Assembly (NCBI GenBank): GCA_963663865.1
Contig: OY760686.1
Coordinates: 2,304,001-2,368,000 of the forward strand
DNA from: Spirochaetota bacterium
GTDB lineage: Bacteria; Spirochaetota; UBA4802; UBA5550
Length of the DNA: 64,000 nucleotides
Reading direction: 5' to 3'
Made by a program: the position numbers and the translations under genes. This document shows, piece after piece, positions 10,018-20,336 of this stretch. Each line of letters begins with the position of its first letter. The first letter of the stretch is position 1. Below the pieces are notes generated by a model that searched no databases, was not told the DNA's origin, and saw only the letters and a program-made list of their open reading frames with translations.

Positions 10018-10238
10018 TGCGATTTGCATGGATGCAAATCGCCCGGGCGCCGTTTCATCAGGATGATGATAATGGCGTTGAAATAGTTAGGTAACAGCTA
10101 CAGCCAAGCCCTTCCGGCGCCTGAGGAACGGCTTTTTCCCGCCGCTTTTTGGCCGGTCAAAAAGCGGCAAAAGAAGTGCCACGCTCTCAGCGTGAAAAGG
10201 AACGACAGGCTCCCTGCTAAAAAAGCGTCTCGCGCAGC
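10018..10238 (+). repeat. Structured dispersed repeat, copy 2 (two GGA-loop hairpins)
   Basis: Same orientation as 7559-7903 and similar to it; lacks two internal hairpins and the REP insert. Confidence 0.85.
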
Positions 10239-10290
10239 ACTGTGGCGAAAGAAAAGCCCGTGTGCTCCGCAAAAAAAAGGGGCCCCGCTC

Positions 10291-11529
10291 TCAGCGTGAA
10301 CCCCCTCTCACCCTGATCAGCCTGACAACGGCCTCGGTGTTCAATATTGTCCGGGGAATGAACGAATCAAGCTCGGCGAACTCCTGCCCGGTCACACCGT
10401 CAGGGCCTGCTTCGGAGCAGTGTGAACATTCCCCAGCCGGTCCGAGCCCGTCAAGGGTGGGAATCCTCTCAGCGGTCCAGTTGCCGTCGCTGATACCGCC
10501 GCGCCTTTCCGGCTCAACAGCCCATCCCAATGAACGGGCTGCGTCCTGCCAAAACCCAAGAAGCATTGAGCTGCCTTCGTTTGCAGGCCATGGCGGAACG
10601 TCCCGTGAACATTCAACAGTCAGTTCGCAATCGTACTTTCCGTCAGCAGAGGGCCTGCCCCGTTTTCCCGAGAGCCTCAGCATCCCGGATGTCCCGAACT
10701 CCATAGCCTCCGGATCGAAGGCGCGCATCTCAGCGAAAGCTTCAGCCCGGTCAGGAACGCGGTTAAGTACCGTACCGCCGCTTATGGTAGCTACGTTCAC
10801 GGTCAGCCCTCGGCTGTAATCGGTAATTCCTCCAACTTCCGGAAGCAAGTCACAGAGATGAAGCAGAGCATTGGCGCCGGAGGCGTGATCCACTCCCGCA
10901 TGAGCTGAACGTCCCTTTGAACGAATCACAAACACTGAACGTCCCTTGCGCGAGGTGACTACATTGAAAGTTTTTCCCTGCATATTGCCTGCCTCAAAGA
11001 CAAGACAGGCAAGAGCATCAATGCCCTCCTCAAGGCACAGCGCACCGAAGTCATCCGAAACAGTCTCTTCGGTCGCGTCGAGAAGCACCTTCCAGGTCAC
11101 AGCCTTAAACTCTTCGGGATAGAAGCGCTGAAGGAGTTCCATCATCATGAGGATAATTACAGTCCCGCCCTTTATGTCGTTCGTCCCCGGACCGTACACC
11201 CTGCTGCCCCGCAGCTTCCATCGAAAGTCGCGGGACTTTTCCTCTTCCTCTGTAAACACCGTATCCAGATGTGAGACACAGAGAACGGAGTTCCTGCCGC
11301 TTCCCTGCCTTGTCATCACAAGATGCCTGCCGCTGCCCTTCTGGAGCGAATCGACATATCTTGCAGAAAAACCAACCCCTGAGAATATTTCTGCAGTAAA
11401 CTCTGCAAGGCGGTTTACGCCTACTGGATTAAGCGTGTACGAGTTGATATCGACCATCGCCCTGTATATTTCAAGATAACGGTTGAAATTGTCCGCGAGG
11501 TAGCTGCTGAGTTCTGAGTAATCTGCCAT
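10291..11529 (-). CDS. M20 family metallopeptidase (glutamate carboxypeptidase-like)
   Basis: HLDTV, GPGTNDIKGG, EE, GRSAHAG, GGISDGN. Confidence 0.9.
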   Translation of the reverse strand: MADYSELSSYLADNFNRYLEIYRAMVDINSYTLNPVGVNRLAEFTAEIFSGVGFSARYVDSLQKGSGRHLVMTRQGSGRNSVLCVSHLDTVFTEEEEKSRDFRWKLRGSRVYGPGTNDIKGGTVIILMMMELLQRFYPEEFKAVTWKVLLDATEETVSDDFGALCLEEGIDALACLVFEAGNMQGKTFNVVTSRKGRSVFVIRSKGRSAHAGVDHASGANALLHLCDLLPEVGGITDYSRGLTVNVATISGGTVLNRVPDRAEAFAEMRAFDPEAMEFGTSGMLRLSGKRGRPSADGKYDCELTVECSRDVPPWPANEGSSMLLGFWQDAARSLGWAVEPERRGGISDGNWTAERIPTLDGLGPAGECSHCSEAGPDGVTGQEFAELDSFIPRTILNTEAVVRLIRVRGGSR

Positions 11530-11738
11530 CGAAGTTGATCTCCTGCCTATGAGGGACGATATCCGCCCATAGATTATATTACTTTTTTTCGTAAAATATT
11601 GTAGACATCAGGCGAGTAAAATCTTCAATATCCAAATATTGCAATTCTTTTTCTCACCTTCCATGTGGCGTTTTTATGACAGTCGGCCATTCGCAGGGTG
11701 GCTTCGATTTGCAGAAATAAAAACTTCACAGGAGTAGT

Positions 11739-13349
11739 ATGTCCACACTTGAAAAATTCAGGGCGATGGGCCTGTCAGAGGCCGTGCTCGAAAAGCTTGA
11801 AAAAAAAGGCTTTAAAGAACCCACTTCCATCCAGGAGAAGGCGATACCCGCGATTCTCAACAGTACAGACGACATAGTCGCGCTCGCGAGAACAGGAACC
11901 GGAAAGACCGCAGCATTCGGCCTGCCGCTTGTTGAGATGTTAGATCCCGAAGCGCGCCATGTTCAGGCAATAATCCTCGTGCCTACGAGAGAACTGGCTC
12001 TGCAGGTCGCCGATGAGATCACTTCCTTTACGCCTTCACGCAAACTTCAGGTTGCCGCGTTCTATGGCGGAGACCCTATAACAAAGCAGATCAGCAAGCT
12101 TAAGGAAGGCGTACACATCGTGGCAGGAACCCCCGGCCGCGTGCAGGACCTCATCAACCGCAAGGCGCTTAAGCTCAGCAACATCTCCTTTCTCGTCCTT
12201 GACGAGGCCGATGAGATGCTTAACATGGGATTCATCGATGATATCGAAAAAATAATGAGCTTTACCGGCGAGAACAAACGTACCGTACTCTTTTCTGCAA
12301 CCATGCCTTCACGTATACTGAAAGTAGCCTCTTCTTATATGAAGAAGCACACAGTCATTAAAGCAGACGAGGGCCCTCAGAACGTTTCTCGTACGGAGCA
12401 TTCATACTTTCCCATCAACCAGAAGGGCAAGCTGAATCTCCTCTGCCGTCTCATGGAAATGGAGCCGGAATTCTACGGCCTTGTCTTTTGCCGAACAAAG
12501 AAAGACGTCGACGAGCTGGCCATTCAGCTGAACGATAAAGGCTATTTAGCCGAAGGCATACACGGCGATCTGTCGCAAAGCCACCGTGAACGCATTCTCG
12601 ATTCTCTTCGCCGTAAAAAGACAAGGATACTCGTGGCGACTGATGTCGCTGCCCGCGGAATCGACATTAATGATCTGACTCACGTAATCAACTACTCAAT
12701 ACCTCAGGATTCGGAGACCTACGTCCACCGGGTCGGCCGAACCGGACGTGCGGGCAAAACCGGCAAGGCTGTTACCTTCGCCTCACCGTCAGAGGAAAAG
12801 CGTATTCGATATATCATGAAGGACACCGGTTTTGAGATTGCCAGAGGAAACGTCCCGTCAGTCCAGGAGATTATTGACTTCAAGAAGGATATGATCTGTA
12901 ACAAAATCGCGAAACTGCTCGGGGGGGATATTCCTCAGAACGAGCGCGCTCTTGCCTCGAAAATGCTGACAGGCTGCGACCCGCTCGAACTCGTCGCGAC
13001 ACTCATTCACCACTCCTTCGGAAGCGATCTGAAGGCTGAAAGCTACGGAAAGATACAGGAAAAGCAGGCTTCGGAAATCAAGGCCGGCGGTCGAACCCGC
13101 AATGTGGATACGGACGCCGCTAATCTGAGGCTCTTCGTATCTCACGGAAAAAAGGACGGAATGAATTCACGCAAGCTCGTTACCCTTGTTGAAGAAAAAG
13201 CCCGGGTAAAACGCAGCCGAATTAACGGCGTTACAGTCATGGAAGAGTTTTCATTCCTGACTGTCCCCAGGGAAGACAGCGGAAAAGTTCTGCTGGCCTT
13301 TAAACGCCGCAAAGGCGGCAGCCTTCCAGTCATTGAAAGAGCAAAGTAG
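11739..13349 (+). CDS. DEAD-box RNA helicase with C-terminal DbpA-type RNA-binding domain (DeaD/CshA-like)
   Basis: Q motif, TGTGKT, PTRELA, DEAD, SAT, ARGID, HRVGRTGRAG. Confidence 0.95.
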   Translation: MSTLEKFRAMGLSEAVLEKLEKKGFKEPTSIQEKAIPAILNSTDDIVALARTGTGKTAAFGLPLVEMLDPEARHVQAIILVPTRELALQVADEITSFTPSRKLQVAAFYGGDPITKQISKLKEGVHIVAGTPGRVQDLINRKALKLSNISFLVLDEADEMLNMGFIDDIEKIMSFTGENKRTVLFSATMPSRILKVASSYMKKHTVIKADEGPQNVSRTEHSYFPINQKGKLNLLCRLMEMEPEFYGLVFCRTKKDVDELAIQLNDKGYLAEGIHGDLSQSHRERILDSLRRKKTRILVATDVAARGIDINDLTHVINYSIPQDSETYVHRVGRTGRAGKTGKAVTFASPSEEKRIRYIMKDTGFEIARGNVPSVQEIIDFKKDMICNKIAKLLGGDIPQNERALASKMLTGCDPLELVATLIHHSFGSDLKAESYGKIQEKQASEIKAGGRTRNVDTDAANLRLFVSHGKKDGMNSRKLVTLVEEKARVKRSRINGVTVMEEFSFLTVPREDSGKVLLAFKRRKGGSLPVIERAK

Positions 13350-13357
13350 AATAGCTT

Positions 13358-13386
13358 GAAAGGCGGTTTTTAACCGCCTTTCTTTT
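13358..13386 (+). terminator. Rho-independent terminator
   Basis: gaaaggcggtt-ttt-aaccgcctttc followed by a T run, just after the helicase stop. Confidence 0.8.
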
Positions 13387-13548
13387 ATCCGTGTCCAGTC
13401 ACCCCTCTGTCCGATAAAATCATTGACCCTTAACTTCCATACCTTATAAAAGAAAAGGGGAAATCATTCCCTTGATTTCCCAATTCCATTTGCGAATTGG
13501 AAGGATTAATATATTCATTTAACATTAATCAAGTATTGGGAGCATTAA

Positions 13549-14631
13549 ATGAAAAGGATATTATCGACGCTTATTGCTCTTACTGCTCTGTCAGGATGCA
13601 GCAGCGCGGACATTGCATTTACCGAAGAAGGATGGCGTCGCAAAGCAGACAGCTCTCACACAAAATTACTCTATGCTCCCAACATAAAAGACGGCAGCTT
13701 CTATAACCCCTGGATGGTGAAACCGGACTACTCATTCTTCACTATGCTGCGTTGGCGTTTCTCTTCGTCACCCGACTTCACCAATGAAGAGATTAACTCG
13801 CTACCCGACGTTGAAAAAGATTCACTGAAAAAAATAGCCGCATTAAATGGCGGTGACTTTATTATGTGGATAGGCCATAACACATTCCTTATAAGAACCG
13901 ACGGAATATACTGGCTGACAGATCCCATATTCTCCGAACGGGCGCTTATAATAAAACGCAAAACGCCGCCAGGCATCCAGGCAAGCGAGCTATCCTCACT
14001 TGTCGGAAGCTCGCCTCTAAACGTAGTGATATCCCACAACCACTACGACCACCTTGATGAGGAAAGCGTGATATCCATACCCAGACATGCCCGCTTCTAT
14101 GTACCCTCCGGAATGGGCGCGCTTCTTAAGGAATGGGGCCTAAAAAACATCCATGAGATGAACTGGTGGGACGAAACCAATACAGGCAGCGGATTCAAGC
14201 TCACTGCCCTGCCCGCGCAGCACTGGTCCAGAAGGATCGGGCGTGACACAAACGCGAGTCTCTGGTCAAGCTTCATGCTCGACGGTGGAGGCTACAGAAT
14301 ATACCTGGGCGGAGACAGCGGTTACTTTATCGGCTACAGGGAATTCGGCAAAAAGTTTCCTGGAATAGATTACGCGCTACTGCCCGTAACGGCGTACACC
14401 CCGCGCTGGTTCATGCACTACAACCACATGAACGCGGATGAAGCCCTTGACGCCTTCAATGAGCTCGGCGCCAGGGAGTTCATACCGACACAGTGGGGCA
14501 CATTCAAACTCGCCGATGAGCCGGCGGGATTTCCGGGCATCGACCTTAAGCGAAAAATCGCATTGAGGCACCTCAACCCGAACCGTTTTCACATAATGAA
14601 CATAGGCTCCATTCTGCCTATTAAACCCTGA
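13549..14631 (+). CDS. MBL-fold lipoprotein (NAPE-PLD/RomA-like)
   Basis: Lipobox LSGC; WIGH, SHNHYDHLD, PAQHWS, GDSGY. Confidence 0.9.
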   Translation: MKRILSTLIALTALSGCSSADIAFTEEGWRRKADSSHTKLLYAPNIKDGSFYNPWMVKPDYSFFTMLRWRFSSSPDFTNEEINSLPDVEKDSLKKIAALNGGDFIMWIGHNTFLIRTDGIYWLTDPIFSERALIIKRKTPPGIQASELSSLVGSSPLNVVISHNHYDHLDEESVISIPRHARFYVPSGMGALLKEWGLKNIHEMNWWDETNTGSGFKLTALPAQHWSRRIGRDTNASLWSSFMLDGGGYRIYLGGDSGYFIGYREFGKKFPGIDYALLPVTAYTPRWFMHYNHMNADEALDAFNELGAREFIPTQWGTFKLADEPAGFPGIDLKRKIALRHLNPNRFHIMNIGSILPIKP

Positions 14632-14632
14632 C

Positions 14633-15553
14633 TCAGCTTCCGCTTTGTTTTTTTGCCTTCAGCACTGAGAGAAGGATCGACGCAGTAAGAGTCAGAGCGA
14701 CAAAGCCGAGGGCAGCCCATACAGGAATCTTGTAAAGGTCTGCAATAAGCATCTTCACTCCGACAAAGACAAGTATGACAGCGAGCCCATAGTTCAGATA
14801 AACAAAAAGCCTCATTACTCCCGAAACAGCGAAGTAGAGAGCCCTGAGACCCAGTATGGCGAAAATGTTTGATGTCAGTACAATAAACGGGTGAGTTGAT
14901 ATCGACAGAATCGCGGGTATTGAGTCAACCGCGAAAACAACGTCTGTTGTTTCAATTACAAGCAGCACGATAAACATCGTAGTCGCGTAGAGCTTCCCGT
15001 TTTTACGCACAAAAAAACGGCTGCCCCTGTATTCCCTGTCAAGCCTCAGGAACCTTCCAGCCGCCCTCAGAACCGGATTCTTCTCAGGATGGACCTCTTT
15101 CTCCTTCTGCACAGCCATCTTAATGCCTATGTAAACGAGGAAGGCGCCCAGAACATAGATTATCCAGTGGAAACGCTCAATAAGGGCCACACCTGCAAAA
15201 ATAAACACTGCCCTCATGACAACGGCCCCAATTATTCCCCAGAATAAAACCTTGTGCTGATATTTTGCCTCTATTCCGAAATACGAAAAGATGATAATAA
15301 AAACAAATATATTGTCAACGCTCAGTGATTTTTCAATAAGATATCCGGTTATAAACTCCAGCGCCATCTCCCTGCCGGCGAAATACCATATGCCGGCATT
15401 AAAAATCAGAGCGAGCAGTATCCAAAAAAAAGTCCATATCGCGGCCTCTTTCACCTTGATTTCGTGCTCATCCCTCTGCAGCACGAGAAAATCAAGCGCA
15501 AGCATTCCAAGTACGAATACAGCGAAGACCGCCCATAGAATAATCGAAGTCAT
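14633..15553 (-). CDS. TerC/Alx family membrane protein
   Basis: EKSLSVDNIFVF, DVVFAVDSIPA, SNIFAILGLRALYF. Confidence 0.95.
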   Translation of the reverse strand: MTSIILWAVFAVFVLGMLALDFLVLQRDEHEIKVKEAAIWTFFWILLALIFNAGIWYFAGREMALEFITGYLIEKSLSVDNIFVFIIIFSYFGIEAKYQHKVLFWGIIGAVVMRAVFIFAGVALIERFHWIIYVLGAFLVYIGIKMAVQKEKEVHPEKNPVLRAAGRFLRLDREYRGSRFFVRKNGKLYATTMFIVLLVIETTDVVFAVDSIPAILSISTHPFIVLTSNIFAILGLRALYFAVSGVMRLFVYLNYGLAVILVFVGVKMLIADLYKIPVWAALGFVALTLTASILLSVLKAKKQSGS

Positions 15554-16404
15554 TATTTTTTCTCTCCGGAAATATCAAGAAACGGAACAGCTCCGCTTGT
15601 AACGCTCGGCAGCACGCCATTCCACTTTTCTATAGCTTTGATGTTAGCTTCCACCTTTCTCAATTCAATAAGATCGCGTGATATATTGGCCCTCTGCAGC
15701 CGCAGCGACTCAGCCTCGGCCCGTGCTGAGGTAATCTTCTGGTCCGCTTCAATCTTGACTCGATCAAGGTCGCGCTTTGCTTTCAGCGCAAGCTGTTCAG
15801 CCGTCTGCTTCGCTTCAATTGCCTCGGTGAACACACTTGAAAAGCTGAAAGACACAATCGAAAAGGCGTCTACTGCAATATCGTGCTTCAGAAGTCTCTG
15901 CTGAAGAGTTGACCTCATTGATTCGCTGACAGCAGGCCTTTTTGTAATCAGCTCCTCAGCCGTATACTCGGCCGTAACAGCCTTGACGACCTCCTGTATT
16001 GCCGGATCAATTATCCTTTCCCTGTAGGCCTCCCCAATGTTCTGGTAAAGCCTGTTCGCGCTGTCCGGAATCACGTGATAGTTCAGCACAACCTGTGACG
16101 AAACATCCTGCAGGTCTTTCGAGGCCGCTGGAGCATTGCTGGTGGCCTTCTGAACCTTAACATCCAAAATCACCATTTCCTGCTGAAGCGGTATCCTGAA
16201 GTGAAGCCCCTCTCCAAGTACTTTATCCTGTACGGCCCCGAAGTTTAGGACCACGCCTCTCTCTCCGGCGCCTATCTGCACCCACGGCTTTACAATGAGA
16301 ATCAACACCGATACTCCCAGAATCAGAAGAAGTATTCTTACACTCCTGTTTTTCAGAATCCCTTCGAGGGTTTCCCTGGTCTTGTCATAATCGTTTTGAT
16401 GCAT
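15553..16404 (-). CDS. Prohibitin/SPFH domain protein
   Basis: GERGVV, GEGLHFRIP, SKDLQ, AIEAKQTAEQ, IEKWNG. Confidence 0.9.
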   Translation of the reverse strand: MHQNDYDKTRETLEGILKNRSVRILLLILGVSVLILIVKPWVQIGAGERGVVLNFGAVQDKVLGEGLHFRIPLQQEMVILDVKVQKATSNAPAASKDLQDVSSQVVLNYHVIPDSANRLYQNIGEAYRERIIDPAIQEVVKAVTAEYTAEELITKRPAVSESMRSTLQQRLLKHDIAVDAFSIVSFSFSSVFTEAIEAKQTAEQLALKAKRDLDRVKIEADQKITSARAEAESLRLQRANISRDLIELRKVEANIKAIEKWNGVLPSVTSGAVPFLDISGEKK

Positions 16405-16457
16405 AAAACAGCCTCCGGTAGTATTTAACTTTCAGACATCCTCTCATATCGGGAAGC

Positions 16458-16856
16458 TTAACCCGCACTGAGTTTTCTGTAGCCCATGCCAGTGAATCTG
16501 GCTACAATGCTTCCGTCTTCATCGAAGACGTCGACATTATAGGTTGCTATTCTGTTGCTGCGGGATATCTCCTGAGCGACGGCACGTATGAATCTGCCCG
16601 CCGGCGGTTTAAAGTACGATATGTTCACGCTGAGTCCCAGAGCAGGAGTACCCTCGGAATTTGAAGCCGCCGCGAAGGCATAATCGGCAAGTGTGAAAAT
16701 GACTCCGCCCTGTACAATATCCACACCGTTCAGATGCTTTTCAGACAGCTCAAGCTTTGTCTCAGCCTTACCTTCGCCAGTACTCACAAGCTCAATTCCC
16801 ACATGTTTTATGAACCTGTCATTTCTGATCTTTGCAAGAAGTTCGTCTCTGTTCAC
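16458..16856 (-). CDS. PaaI-family hotdog thioesterase
   Basis: HLNGVDIVQGGVIFTLAD. Confidence 0.9.
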   Translation of the reverse strand: MNRDELLAKIRNDRFIKHVGIELVSTGEGKAETKLELSEKHLNGVDIVQGGVIFTLADYAFAAASNSEGTPALGLSVNISYFKPPAGRFIRAVAQEISRSNRIATYNVDVFDEDGSIVARFTGMGYRKLSAG

Positions 16857-16904
16857 ATTATTCCTCAGTCAAAGCTTATTTTCCAGCAGGGAAATAGAGC
16901 AAAC

Positions 16905-17468
16905 TTAACCTTTCCGTACAAGCAACACAGTCCTGCTCATTGAAACCGCCGGCATATCCTCAATATCAAAACCACAGTTCAAGGCGAGGTCAACCGTTTT
17001 ATCAAAATCCGGCCCGCTGACATGAAATTTTGGTTCTACTACAAGCAGCCTCCCGCCTTTTTCAAGATGGTTTCTCATTGCTGAAAGCGTTTTCTCAGCG
17101 TCGGGAACCTCATGAAGCATGTAAAACATCAAAATAAAGCCGAACATTCTATCAAAGACCATGCTTTCATCTGCGCAACAGTGAAAGCTTACTCTGTCTG
17201 CAAGTCCGCTGTTGACAGCCTTCATTCTCACCCTGTCAAGCATTCCCTGCTGCAGGTCAGCTGCAACAACATGGCCATTCGCACCGACCATTTTCGCCAT
17301 ATCAATTGTAAAGAACCCCGGACCGCATCCAAAATCGAGGGCTTTGATTCCTTCCCTCAGATACGGTTTTAATATTCGCCGGGGACTCTGAAACAGCTTT
17401 CTGATCTTCATATCAAGAACCCCCGCATGTTCCACGGGGCAGACCCTTACTTGCTTCTTCTTCATCAC
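16905..17468 (-). CDS. Class I SAM-dependent methyltransferase
   Basis: LDFGCGPG motif I; LHEVPD; AAGGAGG RBS before GTG/ATG at 17468/17465. Confidence 0.9.
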   Translation of the reverse strand: MMKKKQVRVCPVEHAGVLDMKIRKLFQSPRRILKPYLREGIKALDFGCGPGFFTIDMAKMVGANGHVVAADLQQGMLDRVRMKAVNSGLADRVSFHCCADESMVFDRMFGFILMFYMLHEVPDAEKTLSAMRNHLEKGGRLLVVEPKFHVSGPDFDKTVDLALNCGFDIEDMPAVSMSRTVLLVRKG

Positions 17469-17519
17469 AAAATCCTCCTTAATAGATAAACATATATGTT
17501 GCATCAACAATCTTGCAAA

Positions 17520-17534
17520 TGCAAATCATTTGCA
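17520..17534. promoter_or_regulatory. Candidate Fur-family (7-1-7) operator TGCAAAT-C-ATTTGCA
   Basis: Perfect inverted repeat about 50 bp upstream of the methyltransferase start. Confidence 0.5.
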
Positions 17535-17597
17535 CTTACAAATAAATAAGACGTTATAATCGTGGTTTTATTGGTAAAAATTTTGTTGGTTTAACAG

Positions 17598-20288
17598 TCA
17601 GGATGCTGAACCGATATGTTTTTCCAGAATGTCCGCGAGCTCGCTGCTCCTAAACGGCTTTCTCAGGCTCGCGGTAAATCCGTACCGTGAAGGCCTGGCC
17701 ATGACCGGATCTTCAGCGTAGCCGCTGCAGACAATGACGGGGATCGAACCCGATATCTTTCTCACACGGGCTACAGTATCGAGTCCACCGATACCGCCGG
17801 GTACGGTAAGATCAAATATCATGCCTCTAATCCGGCGGGAGCCATTGTAATCGTTAACGAATATATCAAGCGCTTCTTTGCCATCCACCGCGGTTATAGG
17901 GTTATAGCCGAATGATGACAGCATGTCTGAAGTTACTTCGAGAATTGCCTGTTCATCATCCATGACGAGAATATCACCCGTCCCTCTGTGGACACAGGCG
18001 GACATCTCAAAGTCACTGACCGCCTCTCCCATGACAGCCGGCAAATACAGTGAAAATACCGTTCCCTGTCCCGGAACTGAATCCACTTCCATAAATCCGC
18101 CATGCTTTTCAATAATTGAATATGAGGTCGCCAGTCCAAGTCCGTGGCCCTGTTCCTTGGTGGTAAAAAATGGATCGAATATTCTTTCGACCACCTCAGG
18201 AGGCATGCCGCTTCCGCTGTCTTCAACATCAATTTTAACGTAATTGCCGGGGGAACGCGTGGGCGAAACAGTTACAGCCACTCTCATATTCGACGCTGAA
18301 ATGCTCATTTCTCCGCCATGTTCCATGGCCTGACTCGCGTTAATTACCAGGTTTTCTATAACCTGGCCAATCTGATTTTTATCAAACTCGCAGACCCACA
18401 GGTCATCCGGGACGAAGAAGCCGCATTTGACGTTTGTTCCGCTTAGTGCAAACTCGGCTGTTTCTCTGACAAAAGGGAACAGCTTTTCGGCCTTTTTCAT
18501 GGGGGTTCCGCCCCTTGCAAAGGTTAGCAGCTGACCGGTTAGTGCCCTCGCCCGGTCGATTACCTTCAGCGCCCTCGTAATGTAATCACATTTAATTGAA
18601 TCAGTACATTTTTTCTCCGCAAGGTCGAGGTATCCGAATATTCCTCCCAGAAGATTGTTAAAATCATGGGCGATGCCTCCGGCGAGTACTCCAAGCGAAT
18701 CGAGCCTGGCCGTTCTCTGCATGGCAAGAAGCATCTTCTGCCTTTCGGTCATATCCTTAAAAACAATAACTGTTCCGATAATTCTGCTGCTGGCATCCAA
18801 AATCGGCGATCCGCTCGCGGAGATCATCCTTTCCTCTCCATTGCGTGAAATTAAAAGAACCTCGCCTTCAGATTCAGCAAGGATTCCATCCGCAAGAACA
18901 CTGGCTGCCATATCCGGGCATGCTTCGCCTGTTCTGTCTCTTACAGCTCTAAAAACATCCGCAAAGGGCTTTCCTTTAGCTTCAGTCCGCTGCCAGCCAG
19001 TCATTCTTTCAGCCGCTGGATTGATGTTAACAACTCTTCCGTCAAGATCGGCGGAAATAACACCGTCTCCGATACTTCGCAGCGTCACAGAAAGCCTTTC
19101 CCTTTCATCGGCAGCTTCCTGTTCAGCAAGCTTGCGTTCAGTAATATCCGATATTATACCGTGCCAGAGCGTGCCGCCATCCTCAAGCCTGACCGGCTGA
19201 GCCTGAGACCATCGCCACCGCAATCCCTGTTCAGGCAGAATTACCCTGAACTCACAGTAAAAGGTTTCAAGTGTTCGGGCCGATTCGCCTATTTTTGAAG
19301 CAACATGGTCATAATCCTCCGGATGAAGCCTTCCAAAGACTACAGTCGCGTCATCCTTCACTTCTTCCGGCGTGACCTCGTATATAGCTTTGATACCCGG
19401 ACTCGCGTATGGAAACGACGAATGACCGTCAGGATAAAGCCTGTACTGATAAATAACCCCAGGTACAAGTCTCGCCAGGTTTGTGAGGAGATTGTTTGTT
19501 TCCTGCAGCTTTTCACCGGCCATGATCCTGTCTGTAATTTCTTCTGTGTAAACGATGATTCCACCTATGTCACCATTTTCTTCGTACCATGGCCTGCACT
19601 CCCATCTTGTCCAGCCGGTACTCCCATCGCTCCGAATGTAGGGATCTTCTTCAGCGCTTATAACCTCTCCGCTTAGCACCCTTCGGTGCACAACTCTCAG
19701 GTTTTCCGGAAGTTCGGGAAAAACCTCGTAATGGTTTTTCCCCAGAATTTTTTCATCATCCAGATTGAAATCTTCTCTATAGCGTCTGCTGACATAGATG
19801 TAGTTCATGTTTTTATCATGAACCGCTATTGCAGTCTTGTTGTGTTCAATGATGTACTGCATAAGGTCGTGAGAGTATTGGAGTTTAGCTATATCGTTTT
19901 TATGAAAGGTCACATCCTTAACAAACAGGATATACAGTCCTCCGCTTTCATTGAGATAGGATGCAAACACCTCAGCGAAAAACCCCGTTCCGTCCTTTTT
20001 CCTACAGAAGAATTCAAACTCTTCAAACCTGTTTCCCCTTAGTTTTTCCGCTATAACCTCTCCGCAGGAACAACCACGAAAAATATCAAGGTCAGGGAAT
20101 CTCTTTCCCATCAGCTCTTCCCGGTTAAAACCGCTCATCCGGCAGAATCTGTCGCTAACTTCCAGTATCCGGAAATCCGGACAGCCAAGAGCCAGAAAGC
20201 CTTCGTCCGCAGTTTCAAGCATTGTACGGATAAGAGTTCCTGGTGAGACAATACCATCCAAAAGCGATTTTCCATTAATGTCCGTCAT
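17598..20288 (-). CDS. Multi-PAS hybrid histidine kinase with receiver domain
   Basis: Four PAS-like domains, H-box AHDFNNLL, N/G/F boxes (DPFFTTK, GHGLGL), C-terminal REC domain. Confidence 0.95.
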   Translation of the reverse strand: MTDINGKSLLDGIVSPGTLIRTMLETADEGFLALGCPDFRILEVSDRFCRMSGFNREELMGKRFPDLDIFRGCSCGEVIAEKLRGNRFEEFEFFCRKKDGTGFFAEVFASYLNESGGLYILFVKDVTFHKNDIAKLQYSHDLMQYIIEHNKTAIAVHDKNMNYIYVSRRYREDFNLDDEKILGKNHYEVFPELPENLRVVHRRVLSGEVISAEEDPYIRSDGSTGWTRWECRPWYEENGDIGGIIVYTEEITDRIMAGEKLQETNNLLTNLARLVPGVIYQYRLYPDGHSSFPYASPGIKAIYEVTPEEVKDDATVVFGRLHPEDYDHVASKIGESARTLETFYCEFRVILPEQGLRWRWSQAQPVRLEDGGTLWHGIISDITERKLAEQEAADERERLSVTLRSIGDGVISADLDGRVVNINPAAERMTGWQRTEAKGKPFADVFRAVRDRTGEACPDMAASVLADGILAESEGEVLLISRNGEERMISASGSPILDASSRIIGTVIVFKDMTERQKMLLAMQRTARLDSLGVLAGGIAHDFNNLLGGIFGYLDLAEKKCTDSIKCDYITRALKVIDRARALTGQLLTFARGGTPMKKAEKLFPFVRETAEFALSGTNVKCGFFVPDDLWVCEFDKNQIGQVIENLVINASQAMEHGGEMSISASNMRVAVTVSPTRSPGNYVKIDVEDSGSGMPPEVVERIFDPFFTTKEQGHGLGLATSYSIIEKHGGFMEVDSVPGQGTVFSLYLPAVMGEAVSDFEMSACVHRGTGDILVMDDEQAILEVTSDMLSSFGYNPITAVDGKEALDIFVNDYNGSRRIRGMIFDLTVPGGIGGLDTVARVRKISGSIPVIVCSGYAEDPVMARPSRYGFTASLRKPFRSSELADILEKHIGSAS

Positions 20289-20336
20289 ACTCCCCTCACA
20301 CTAAAACATCGAAAGAAGAAGCCCCTAAACTTCACC

